A DNA stretch of 16,761 nt from contig NW_021825094.1 in assembly GCF_006345805.1 (NCBI RefSeq), forward strand, positions 1 to 16,761. The letters are read 5' to 3'. The translations under genes and the position numbers were made by a program. Shown piece by piece: positions 1-9,897 of the stretch. Under the pieces are notes generated by a model. That model was given only the letters and a program-made list of their open reading frames with translations. It searched no databases and was not told the origin of the DNA. Source of the DNA: Octopus sinensis (taxonomy: Eukaryota). How positions within the stretch are numbered: the stretch's first letter is position 1; each line of letters begins with the position of its first letter.

Positions 1-314
1 TGAGTGAGTTTCGGCTCCTATTTCTAGTATATCGTTTTCATTGTAAGTGATACTAATCTTTTGTCACTGTTGTGAATTTTGTTGTATTTATTGTTCAGCT
101 TTGGTTGCCACGTGACATTCCATTTTACATTATAACATCCAAGAAAGCATATTTCTTAAATTATGTAATAATTTTACTTCTATAATTCCAGCAATGGTAA
201 TTTTTTTTTAAGTTTTCAATTTGCTTCTGTGGTTTCTTTTCAACGAGACTCGCTTTTAAGCCAAATCATGTCTGGCGGCCATGTTACTAAGATTGAGTTA
301 TGGCGGAAAATATG

Positions 315-340
315 AGGAGGAGGAGGAGGAGGAAGAAGCA
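315..340 (+). repeat. (GAG)n microsatellite
   Basis: Read directly from the sequence. Confidence 0.9.
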
Positions 341-544
341 AAACAAAAATAGTCGCTGTGTCTGTGAAACAACAAATTCTGTGATGGATTGAAACATCGG
401 ATGCCGTCCTTTCGCATTATCTGAGTTGACATAAATATTAGAAAAATATTCGACTTCTTGGGAAGGAAACGAAAAGAAAAAGATACGGTGTTTGTTGTTG
501 ACAACAATTGGATAAGAACGTAGAAGGAGAGTTAGAGTGGATCT

Positions 545-586
545 CTTTCACTTCTTTTCCTTCTTCCTCAGTTCCTCCCTTCCTTC

Positions 587-637
<51 letters not shown>

Positions 638-775
638 TCCCTTTAATGTCCGTAAAGATTGTGTTTGATATCACAAGATGGATGGTGATGGTGGGTGATG
701 GTGGGTGATGGTGGTGGTGGTAGTGGTGGTGGTGGTGGTGAAAGTGCTGGTGTTGGTGGTGGTGGTGGTGGTGAT
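545..775 (+). repeat. Polypyrimidine/(TTTC)n tract followed by a (GGT)n-type tract
   Basis: (TTTC)n at about 588-638 and GGT/GAT repeats at about 680-773. Confidence 0.92.
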
Positions 776-904
776 ATTCTGTTAAAACTGATCGTAATAT
801 TTACTTTACTGAAATGAACACACGTCAAACTATACGTTGTCCTGTTCAAAGTGTTGAAACTGAATGTCTGGGGTATATACACATTGGTATGTTTGTGCGC
901 TGTA

Positions 905-1061
905 CATACATTCATACATACATTAAAAAATATAATATATATACATACATATGCATATATAACATATGTGTATATGTATATAATAAATAATAAATATATA
1001 TATATGTATATATATATTCAATATTTATGTATATATGTAATATTATATATAGATATATATA

Positions 1062-1103
<42 letters not shown>

Positions 1104-1200
1104 ATATATATATATATATATATATATACGCTATACACCACACATTAAACGGAGACAGAGAGTGTGTGTGAGAAAGAGAAAGAGAGAGAAAGAGAAAAAA
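905..1200 (+). repeat. (TA)n-rich tract followed by a short GA-rich tract
   Basis: Read directly from the sequence. Confidence 0.93.
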
Positions 1201-2396
1201 GTGTAAAAGAGAAGCATAAACAAAGTGCGAGACTCTGGCATCGTCTCGAAAGACTGTCATTTATTCTTCAGAAAAAAAGTCGTTACGTAAGCATTAATTA
1301 TCATTAAAGAACCAACAAATGATTCTCACTCCACGTGTTTAGCGACAACCGATTGGTTTTGTTTTATTTTTTTGTTTTTTTTTTCGAAGCAATACTGCAG
1401 TGTTTGTTTTAATTTATATTTAACAACAACAGGCGTTTTTACTTCGATAGTTTTTTGACGATGCACAAAAAGCTGTATAATTTATGGGGAGGGAGATTTT
1501 CAATATCAAAGCACCTACGCTTTTTGTCGGGTATCAACGGCTTTAAGTAAAGATAGCTTGTATCAAGCAAAGCTCTATGATGTATGGCAGCAGTTTTGAT
1601 TAGCTGCGATTTTATTCTATGTTTTACAACGTCCCATTTCATTAATACATTCTCAAAGCTTTAATTTCATTTGCCGTTAATTGTTTTCAATGTGGAGGTG
1701 GATCTCCGTCGTTGAGCAATGACGATTCAGTTGTTCGATCAACCGAATTATTTGCTCCTAAATTAATATGTACGTGGCTGTGTAGTCCGCAACCACGGGT
1801 AGCCGTTCAAGAATTTGGACCTGGAGATCTCCATTTCCAGCGACTTCGAGGGGCCACCTCCCAGTGGTGTCGGGCGTCAAAGAAGAGCCCTCGACTACAA
1901 CAAGACGACCAAAGTTTTTTTTTTTCCCAGGTCTGGCGTCTCCCGCCCCTAAGCCCTAGACCATCACCTAATCACCCTTACCCGTCTTGTTGCTTAACAA
2001 CAACAACAACCACGAGTACTATTAATGCAATACTGAGGTAGAATCAACATGGCAAAGAGGATGCCCCGGTCGTACCTTTCGAATCACATGGAAAAATCTA
2101 CTTAAAAAATTACATGGAAAACCTTCTTAGAAAACCTATTCGCTGTCAATAATGATGACCGGGTGATTTACAGACTGAACAAAAATATTTGATCCATCAA
2201 TTGTATCTCCTATGCATTTACAACCCTTTTGTCTCTTGTCCCCATATAAAAATAAGACGTCTAGTACCCCAGGGTACTTCAAGAGGTTTTGTTCTAACAT
2301 TAGGAAATCTCATTCCGGTTAATGTAATTTAGATACCATTAAAGAGACAAGTGAATTTGATCTAAGCGACATGACCTTAATCATTGGTCTGCGCAA

Positions 2397-2526
2397 TCAA
2401 ATTTGACCTTTGAGGTTGATTTTTGCCTTTCATCCTTTCAGGGTCAAAAGGATGAAGTCCCACTGAAATACTGGTGGTCGATGCAATCGATTCATCCCTT
2501 CCCCCAAAATGCCTGCTCTTGTGGCA
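2397..2526 (+). mobile_element. SINE family A (Meta-domain-like), 5'-decayed copy
   Basis: TGAGGTTGATTTTTGCCTTTCATCCTTTCAGGGTC...GGTCGATGCAATCGATTCATCCCTTCCCCCAAAAT...CTTGTGGC, followed by (TTA)n; homologous to 7390-7470 and 2730-2860. Confidence 0.8.
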
Positions 2527-2565
<39 letters not shown>

Positions 2566-2590
2566 TTATTATTATTATATTATTATTTTA

Positions 2591-2659
<69 letters not shown>

Positions 2660-2668
2660 TACTATTAT
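2527..2668 (+). repeat. (TTA)n microsatellite between two SINE A copies
   Basis: Read directly from the sequence. Confidence 0.95.
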
Positions 2669-2675
2669 AGAAGTT

Positions 2676-2863
2676 GGCAAGTAGGCAGAATTGTTAGCAC
2701 GCTGGACGAAATGCTAAACGGTATGAGTTCAAATTCCGCCGAGGTTGACTTTACTTTTAATCATTTCGGGGTCGATAAAGTGAGTACCAGTGAAAGACTA
2801 GGGTCGATGTAATCGACTTATCCCCTCCCCCAAAATTTCAGGCCTTGTGCTTTAGTAGAAAGG
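2676..2863 (+). mobile_element. SINE family A
   Basis: Head GGCAAGTAGGCAGAATTGTTAGCAC, B-box-like GAGTTCAAATTCC, Meta-like TTTCGGGGTCGATAAAGTGAGTACCAG and 3' GGCCTTGTGC. It is embedded between two (TTA)n tracts. Confidence 0.88.
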
Positions 2864-2898
2864 ATTATTATTATTATTATTATTATTATTTTTTTTTT
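2864..2898 (+). repeat. (ATT)n plus T-run shared by a SINE tail and a LINE 3' end
   Basis: Read directly from the sequence. Confidence 0.92.
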
Positions 2899-3829
2899 AC
2901 TTCTTTCAATTTGCTTCCATTTCTTGCCGAGTGGTCTTCCCGACTCCTAGGCAAAGAAACTCTAGTATACATTGGTAGGCCATTAAACAAACTCAATAGT
3001 TCGTTCATTTTTTTTTTTTTTTTTAAGTTAAATTAAATACATGAGCAGCAACAGTTTTCTCACATCGACAATGCTCTTCTCAATACGTGTGATGTACCAG
3101 TTAAGACAATCTTTTGCACTTCTTGCAGGGATGGTAAGCCAGGGATCATTCTCATATAATTGTCGGTTCCCTTCTTGATCATTCCTAGTGCTCCTACGAT
3201 CACTGGTATTGTAACCGCCCTTGAGATTCACATTTTCTCAATTTCATGGGTAGGTCTTTATATTTTCTGAGCTTGTCCAAACTCTTCGCTGAGATATTAT
3301 GATCACAGGGGATGCTCATGTCGATCATAAGCAAACTTTATTGTTTTGGTCTTTCACAACGATATCTGGTTTATTGGCCTTGATGTTCGGTCTGTATGTA
3401 CTGGAAAGTCCCACAGAATCGTTTACATTTTCTCCTTCATTACAGCCTCAGGTGGTGATTATACCACTTGTCGGCAGTTTTTTATTTATAATGCCGACAT
3501 ATTAGCCAGTGTAGATATTGTCTTAATTTATACTGTGCTAAGACTTTACATCCAGAGATTAGTTGGTCCACTGTTTCAATCATGTCGTTGCAGAATCGGC
3601 ATTTTGGGTCTGCTCCATTTTTCATCATCATTGGCCTGTAGTTCCGGTTAATAGGTTTGATGTTGGGCACCAGGATAACCTTCGCTCTCTGTTGCTTTTA
3701 GCCCTGAGCTCCGTAGCCACTGATGGGTTTTTGCTTCTGGTCACATCAGCTTGTTTGCTGCGGGCCACATATTTGCCGTGCAGAGGTTTCTCCTCCCACC
3801 TATCAGCCAATTGCTCGTGCGCCTTTTTT
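2899..3829 (-). mobile_element. R4/Dong-clade non-LTR retrotransposon copy 1, 3' portion (degenerate ORF C-terminus plus 3' UTR)
   Basis: The minus-strand translation across frameshifts gives RWEEKPLHGKY, the CCHC knuckle ADPKCRFCNDMIETVDQLISGC, YLHWLIC, ILWDFPVHTDR, the RLE motif KANKPDIVVKD, and TIPVIVGALGMIKKGTDNYMRMIPGLPSLQEVQKIVLTGTSHVLRRALSM* (stop at 3060-3062). The 3' UTR runs to the T-run/(TTA)n at 2864-2898. The clade is assigned from my recognition of these motifs. Confidence 0.9.
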
Positions 3830-3836
3830 CGTCGTT

Positions 3837-4218
3837 GCAGGAGTGGCTGTGTTGTAAGTAGCTTGCTAACCAACCACATGGTTCCGGGTTCAGTCCCACT
3901 GCGTGGCATCTTGGGTAAGTGTCTTCTACTATAGCCTCGGGCCGACCAATGCCTTGTGAGTGGATTTGGTAGACGGAAACTGAAAGAAGCCTGTCGTATA
4001 TATGTATATATATATGTGTGTGTATGTGTTTGTGTGTCTGTGTTTGTCCCCCTAGCATTGCTTGACAACCGATGCTGGTGTATTTAGGTCCCCGTCACTT
4101 AGCGGTTCGGCAAAAAGAGACCGATAGAATAAGTAATAAAAAGGTGGTGCTCCAGCATGGCCGCAGTCAAATGACTGAAACAAGTAAAAAGAGTAAAAAA
4201 AAAAAGAGTAAAAAGAGT
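3837..4218 (+). mobile_element. tRNA-derived SINE, family B, nested in LINE copy 1
   Basis: A-box-like TGGCTGTGTTGT (3844) and B-box-like GGTTCAGTCCC (3887-3897); central body CTTGGGTAAGTGTCTTCTACTATAGCCTCGGGCCGACC...GACGGAAACTGAAAGAAGC; internal (TA)/(TG) tract at about 3997-4045; tandem tail (AAAAAGAGT)n at 4184-4218. It splits a LINE reading frame. Confidence 0.85.
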
Positions 4219-4500
4219 TGCCATTATTTTCACCTTCTTTGCAACAATAGTTGCCGTACTTCGTCGGGTTGTTCAGTTTGGGTATTCCTGCACGAGATCA
4301 ATAGCAAATTTTTTGCTTTCCTTTATGATAGATGAAGCTTCTTTCGTCTCTCGTGATTTTCCACGAGCTTTAGCATCCAGTCATTCGTTATTTCGAGATA
4401 TTTGGCCAGTCCAATTGTGGTTGTTTTGTAAGCTAGTTCAAATTGGATCAGGTCTCGACCTCCTTGGGCTCTGGGAAGGTAAAGGCGATCTACGTCTGCC
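4219..4500 (-). mobile_element. R4/Dong-clade copy 1, 5' portion (upstream of the nested SINE), 5'-truncated at (TAA)n
   Basis: The minus strand from 4499 reads ADVDRLYLPRAQGGRDLIQFELAYKTTTIGLAKYLE (post-RT thumb motif 'RLYLPRxxGGRGL'), then after a frameshift ...IVAKKVKIMA. This joins KKAHEQLADRWEEKPLHGKY on the other side of the SINE. Confidence 0.88.
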
Positions 4501-4563
<63 letters not shown>

Positions 4564-4597
4564 TATTATTATTATTAATATTATTATTATTATTATT
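4501..4597 (+). repeat. (TTA)n microsatellite separating LINE copies 2 and 1
   Basis: Read directly from the sequence. Confidence 0.95.
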
Positions 4598-5178
4598 GCC
4601 TTTGCACAGCTTCTAACTCTGGAGATGTACTGGGGTGTCAGCTGTTCACAACCAGTGAACTAAGGTAACACCTCTTATTTTTCGAGCATCTTCCGGAGTA
4701 TTCCAGCGATTCCAAGCAAGTGCTTCACCCTTATTGCAGATCCTACTTGTTCCATGTACTTCTCAAGATTTTTACTCAATGTTCCCAGTGCTCCGACAAT
4801 TATTGGTACTACTGCTACCTTTTTATCGACCACAACTGCTTAACCTTCCAAGCTAACCTGTCAAATCCATCGACTTTTCTTTCTTCCTTATCGCATAACT
4901 TGTTGTCAGCTGGGCATGCTATGTCTATGATCCAGCATAGTTTGCCTTCTTTCTCAATTAAGACTATGTCTGGTTTCCTGTTCTCTATTTCATAGTCGCA
5001 CTGAATTTTGAGTCCTGAGCTTCTTAACCATTGCTGGGATTTTTCTCTGTCTATTTCTTTTGCATTTAGTTTAGTTCAGTATTTGCCATGAAGGGGCTTT
5101 TCTTGCCATCGTTTTATCATGGACTGATGCTGTTCTAGTTTTAGTTTTGGTTTCATTGTTTTATAGCTTTTGTTGTTT
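4598..5178 (-). mobile_element. R4/Dong-clade copy 2 (5'-truncated, internally deleted or chimeric)
   Basis: The minus strand reads TTKAIKQ*KPKLKLEQHQSMIKRWQEKPLHGKY*TKLNAKEIDREKSQQWLRSSGLK directly fused to IQCDYEIENRKPDIVLIEKEGKLCWIIDIACPADNK...VVPIIVGALGTLSKNLEKY...GILRKMLEK* (stop at 4675-4677). The 3' end abuts (TAA)n at 4597 and the 5' end abuts the (GAA)n tract. Confidence 0.87.
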
Positions 5179-5410
5179 CTTCTTCTTCATCTTTTCTTCT
5201 TCTTCGTTTCTTTCTTCTTCTTCTTCTTCTTCTTCTTCTTCTTTCTTCTTCTTTCTTCTTCTTCTTCTTCTCTTCTTCTTCTCTTCTTCTTTCTTCTTCT
5301 CTTCTTTCTCTTCTTCTTCTTCTTCTCTTCTTCTTCTTCTCCTTCTTCTTCTTCTTCTTTCTTCTTCTTCCTTCTCCTTCTTCTTCTTCTCCTTCTTCTT
5401 CTTCTTCTTC
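5177..5410 (+). repeat. Imperfect (TTC)n/(GAA)n tract, about 230 bp
   Basis: Read directly; almost purely pyrimidine on the plus strand. Confidence 0.95.
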
Positions 5411-5436
5411 ATATTTCTTACGTAGTATGACTTCTT

Positions 5437-5630
5437 GGCGGTGAGCTGGCATAATCGTTAGCAAGCCATTTTGTTTGCGTTTACGTTTTGCGTTCAAATT
5501 CCGCCGAGATTGACTTTTGCCTTTGATCCTTTCGGGGTCGATGAAATATGTACCAATTGGGTATTGACGTCGATATAACCGACTTACAACTATGCCTGAA
5601 CATACTGGCCTTGTACCAAAAATTGAGATC
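5437..5630 (+). mobile_element. SINE family A
   Basis: GGCGGTGAGCTGGCATAATCGTTAGCA...GTTCAAATTCCGCCGAG...GCCTTTGATCCTTTCGGGGTCGATGAAATATGTACC...GGCCTTGTACCAAAAATTGAGATC, with an ATT/GTT/GAT tail at 5631-5662. Confidence 0.87.
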
Positions 5631-6572
5631 ATTATTGCTGTTGTTGCTGTTGTTGATGATGTTATATACATACGTAGGTGTTGAAGAATATCATTATAGT
5701 CTTTACAGCATTCGTTGAATATCATTTGCACCAATTACACGTAGGAAGATTGCAACAGTTCCCAACAGAGAATGTTTTTAATTCAAAATCTCCATTTCTT
5801 GACTAATCAGCTCTCTTCATCACTGTATTTAGTATTGCTCCGCCGGTTATTAGAACACTATTGTCATTTCAGTCAAACGGAATCATGTCCGGCATCTCAT
5901 GCGCTGTCCCTGTGGTCTGCGTCTATGCGGAAATTCCATAGAGTGTTCTTAGAAAACCCGATTATTCCTCAATATTCTTAAAATATATACGAGTCTCTTC
6001 TATGTAGTCAAGTGTTTTGCAAGAAATAAGAAGCAAATTCTGAAAGACTCGTAGTTTTCGAGGGACAATCGTGGTGGGAAAATAAGATCAATGGTGGCAT
6101 AGATATAAACTGCAACAGGGAATGGAAACCAATCGATCTACTTCGTCTTCCACTTGCAGTAATAGGCTTTGTATCTAAAGAATCAATCATTTCTATCAGA
6201 TGTTTACATATAAATATTTCCAATTTTTTTAATGTTTTTTTAAAGAAATAAAATGTGAAAATTATTCCTTTTTTTTTTTTCTTACATATTCCTGAGAGAA
6301 TTAGCGACACCCTATCATGAGTTGCTCAGAAGGCTCTTTGTATATCGTGGAACATAACAATTTAGACATCCTTCGTCATCGAAGGACGGGATGACCTAGT
6401 GATCAATACTTGTTATGGATTGAATCTGCATTGATTTGTTGCACAGCAATAAGAATTCTTGGCTCTCAGTCATGTGTATAGCCATAAACAAACGTTCTAC
6501 CGATAAAGAACGCTCGTATTTGGCTATAATTTCTTTATTAACAGCTATATGTTACTCACATTTCATATATCA

Positions 6573-6782
6573 GTTTCAAGTTTTAGCACAAGGCCAGCAA
6601 TTCCAGGGAGCGTGTAAGTCGACTACATCAACCCCAGTGATCAGCTGGTACTTACTTTATCGACGCCGAAAAGATGAAAAGCAAAGTTCACCTCGGAATT
6701 TCGACTCTGAACGTACAGACGGATGAAATGCCACTACTAAACATTTTGTCCGGCTTGATAATGGATCTGCCAACTCGCCACC
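6573..6782 (-). mobile_element. SINE family A
   Basis: Reverse complement of the same head (CTGCCAACTCGCCACC at the right end), Meta-like core (CTGGTACTTACTTTATCGACGCCGAAAAGATGAAAAGC) and tail (GCACAAGGCCAGC). Confidence 0.85.
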
Positions 6783-7305
6783 CTCAAATTTCATACATTG
6801 ATAGACTAAATCCTCTCTAGTAACTCTTCGTGTTCTTCTTCCTAGCTGGGATTATATCACACCATTCACTTCTTCACCAAAGAATGTCTCAGGCTGTTCG
6901 ATATCCACAGAAGGCTACAGGTTGGTCATGGATATGACGCTATTCATGAGAGCAATATGTACGGATGGATGAAGTTTAAAGAAAAGAAAGGAAACCAGAA
7001 ATTAAGAGAAGCCATGCAGTAGAAGAGTATCAACTGAGGCCACAGACATTTTTGCATAGTTTTCGGTACAACCCTTGAAGTATGAGAAGACTGATGAAAT
7101 CCTTTGGCTTAAGACTAAGTGACCCCACGGGGGAATATGTTAAATCCTTCAGGACAGAGACGCTTAGATGATTTGAACCTTAAACTCAAGAGCATGTACA
7201 CCTAATTTGCTATCTTCTCAACCGTCTCCAATTTATGAATACGTCATAGTATCTGACTCTGCTTTAAAGATCGGTGAGGGCGGTACTTATAAAAAAAATA
7301 AATAA

Positions 7306-7536
7306 GGCGACGAGCTGGTAGAATCGTTAGCACGCCGGGCGAAATGCTTAGCGGCATTTCGTCTGCCGCTGAGTTCTGAGTTCAAATTCCGCCGAGGTCG
7401 ACTTTGCCTTTCATCCTTTCGGGGTCGATTAAATAAGTACCAGTTATGCACTGGTGTCGATATAATCGACTTAATCCGTTTGTCTGTCCTTGTGTGTCCT
7501 CTCTGTGTTTAGCCCCTTGTGGGTAGTAAAGAAATA
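7306..7536 (+). mobile_element. SINE family A variant with an alternative 3' tail; best-preserved copy in the window
   Basis: A-box-like TGGTAGAATCG (7316-7326), B-box-like GAGTTCAAATTCC (7378-7390) and Meta-like GCCTTTCATCCTTTCGGGGTCGATTAAATAAGTACCAG (7406-7443). The tail AATCCGTTTGTCTGTCC...GGGTAGTAAAGAAATA differs from the other copies. A candidate 9-bp TSD, GGTACTTAT, lies at 7282-7290 and 7537-7545. Confidence 0.9.
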
Positions 7537-8309
7537 GGTACTTATTAGGCTGGGTGACTCGTGTGAGTACTCCTTGAAGGAGTCGTTGTAGGGTTGAACC
7601 CTCTGATATGCAGGTGGTCAATTTTAGTTTTGTACACTACAGTGAGATATGAAGCGTGAGGGTACAGCACTCCAGTCAGAAGACAGCAAATCAGTGATTG
7701 GACGGTTCGTTTATGAGGACACAGCACATCAGTGGGAGGACAACATGGGGGTGAGAAAACGACCCGCACGTGGGCTGACAACTTGTCCTATATTATTAAC
7801 AGAACATCACAAATATGTAAGAAAGTGAGTGGGCTTATTCCATTGACTTCGCTCCATTTCTACATTGACATTTTACAGAGGAAATTCCACTAGAAAAGGA
7901 AAATGGAAGAAAACAATTGCCAACGATTCACATGTTGAAATATTCATATATACATACCGTGAAGTAGAAATGGAACAGTGTGTCGTTGGTATATTTTACA
8001 TTATCATAATAAGTGGAGAGTTTTGGATATAATCGTACCTGAAGCCTGGGTCATGTGAGAAGACAACACGCCAATGAAAAGACAGCATGCATGTAGGGAG
8101 ATGACAGGCGTGTGCAAGGCATAACGCCTGCGTGGAGGTAGCACGCATGTGGATGACACTATGCCCTATATTACTGACAGACCGTCACAAATTCGTAAGG
8201 AAGGGAAAGGACCTGTTTCATCAAACTTAGCCCACTGCTACTTCCCTGTTGATTACTTACTGAAAGCCGGACACAGACATCGTTGGTTGTACACTTCGGG
8301 CACATTCAT

Positions 8310-8442
8310 AACCGTGTAGCTTCGCGAGACAACTATTCCACTTGGCAGCATATTGCAATCGTGTGTTTCTACTATAATCTCCGGTGGACAAAAATCTTGT
8401 GGATGAAATTTGTTAGACGGTAACTCTTTGGAAGCATGTCAT
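8310..8442 (+). mobile_element. Degenerate SINE family B fragment
   Basis: GTGTGTTTCTACTATAATCTCCGGTGGACAAAAATCTTGTGGATGAAATTTGTTAGACGGTAACT...GAAGCATGTCAT aligns by eye to 3917-3996 (GTGTCTTCTACTATAGCCTCGGGCCGACCAATGCCTTGTGAGTGGATTTGGTAGACGGAAACT...GAAGCCTGTCGT). Confidence 0.7.
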
Positions 8443-8887
8443 GGACAGGTGACCATTTCTTTTCTTGGATAGTAAAGTTTATCCACCTCCCGGTTTATCT
8501 CTGCCACCTGGTCTTTGAATTGATGTTTTCTTACTTCTCCAAACTGATCTCTGTCAGAAACGTATGTTAATGCAGCCAATTATTTAGTCTTTTCGTTTAG
8601 CTATTTTGCCACTGCCAAAGCCTTGCTAATATAAATATATAAATACAAGGTTACATGTTTTAGGTAGAGTATGCGTCCATTACGTCTGTTCTATTATTTT
8701 ACTAATAGCTATTTTACCAAATGCATAAAGATAAATGAAAGGCGACATGTGTTAGATAAGAAATCAGAAAGTTCAGGTACGTAACATTAGACGCTAATGA
8801 AATTTTTCTCGTCTTTCTAATTCTGCAATCGACAGTCGTAATGGGTTCCTACATTAGTACAACACGAATCTAAAATGGAAGTATGAT

Positions 8888-9125
8888 TGAATAAGTCAAC
8901 CCCAACGACTTGACTACCATTTATTTCATCGACTCCTTAAACGAAAACAGTAACGCCAAACTTGCTGAGATTCGAAATCAAATTTTCATTTACGATTTCC
9001 ACGTAAAGACCTCACATCTGAGTGAGATTCCAGTCGGTTAAGCAAACACTTCTACTTCGTTTATCGCCGATATTTCCTTTAACGACTCCGGCAGAATAAA
9101 ACGTCAAGTGGTTCTCGACTCAATC
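8888..9125 (-). mobile_element. Highly decayed SINE family A remnants (one or two)
   Basis: AAGTCAACCCCAACGACTTGACTACCATTTATTTCATCGACTCC and TTTAACGACTCCGGCAGAATAAAACGTCAAGT weakly resemble the reverse-complemented Meta-like core. Confidence 0.4.
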
Positions 9126-9579
9126 AAAGTTCAGAATTTTCCATAAAGTATCGATTTACAATAACCTCAGAACTTAAAGCCCGTGGGGGTGGATAATACT
9201 CAGCTAAATCCATCCGAATACTTGACTTAAAAGGTAAAAGGTCACAACTGCATGCCGCCTACCATTTTATCCTGTGAGTAAGAAATTCTAAAGAGCAGCC
9301 ACTCCACAATGGCAATATTTCGTATTTCATTGGCCAACAGAATCCAAGATGTGGGGGGGGGAGAGTAGATGCAGCGGGGTGAGGTGGGGGTGATGTTGAT
9401 GGAGAATAAACAGGACGAAACCAGCAGCAGCAAGGAATAACGGGAATTCTGAGACGCGTGGCCACGTATTTGGGTTGTCGGAGTGATGGTTAAGGAACAT
9501 TCAAGCATACCACTACTAGTGTATTACTGGTTCAATTCCCACCGGAAGAGAAGGAAAGATATCAGCTTTAGCAAATAAT

Positions 9580-9670
9580 TAGGAGGAGGAGGAGGAGGAG
9601 GAGGAGGAGGAGGAGGAGACAGAGCAGAGCAGTGCTAAGAATCTTAATTATGGTCATGGAGATGATGATG

Positions 9671-9745
<75 letters not shown>

Positions 9746-9789
9746 TAATAATAATAATAATAATGATGATGATGATGATGATGATGATG

Positions 9790-9848
<59 letters not shown>

Positions 9849-9897
9849 TAATAATAATAATAATAATATAATAATAATCATAATAATAATAATAATA
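9580..9897 (+). repeat. Compound microsatellite: (GGA)n, then (TAA)n with a (GAT)n block
   Basis: (GGA)n at about 9581-9617 and TAA/GAT at about 9660-9897. Confidence 0.95.

Noticed and set aside
1-60. Splice-donor and branch-like motifs at the window start (GTGAGT, GTAAGT, TACTAAT)
   Set aside because: They are short motifs with no upstream exon visible and cannot be supported.
298-1171. Supplied ORFs in the first 1.2 kb (poly-S, KERK, poly-P, IY repeats)
   Set aside because: These are translations of microsatellites with no domain signal.
3563-4068. Overlapping ORFs 3563..3934 (+), 3628..4068 (-) and 3741..4058 (-) as genes
   Set aside because: They are chimeric read-through of SINE B and the LINE remnant; only the WEEKPLHGKY part is real retrotransposon protein.
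5147-5734. Long K/E/R-rich and F/L/S-rich ORFs, up to 193 aa
   Set aside because: They are open only because (GAA)n lacks stops; the rest is antisense SINE sequence.
7090-7135. Hammerhead ribozyme core (CTGATGA)
   Set aside because: There is no stem II followed by GAAA at the required spacing.
7306-7395. tRNA gene (also considered at 3837-3900)
   Set aside because: A/B-box-like motifs are present, but I could not form a cloverleaf and the sequence continues into a multicopy SINE body.
7853-7974. 11-bp inverted repeat TCCATTTCTAC/GTAGAAATGGA as a MITE
   Set aside because: It is short, has no TSD and no second copy, and is compatible with chance in AT-rich DNA.
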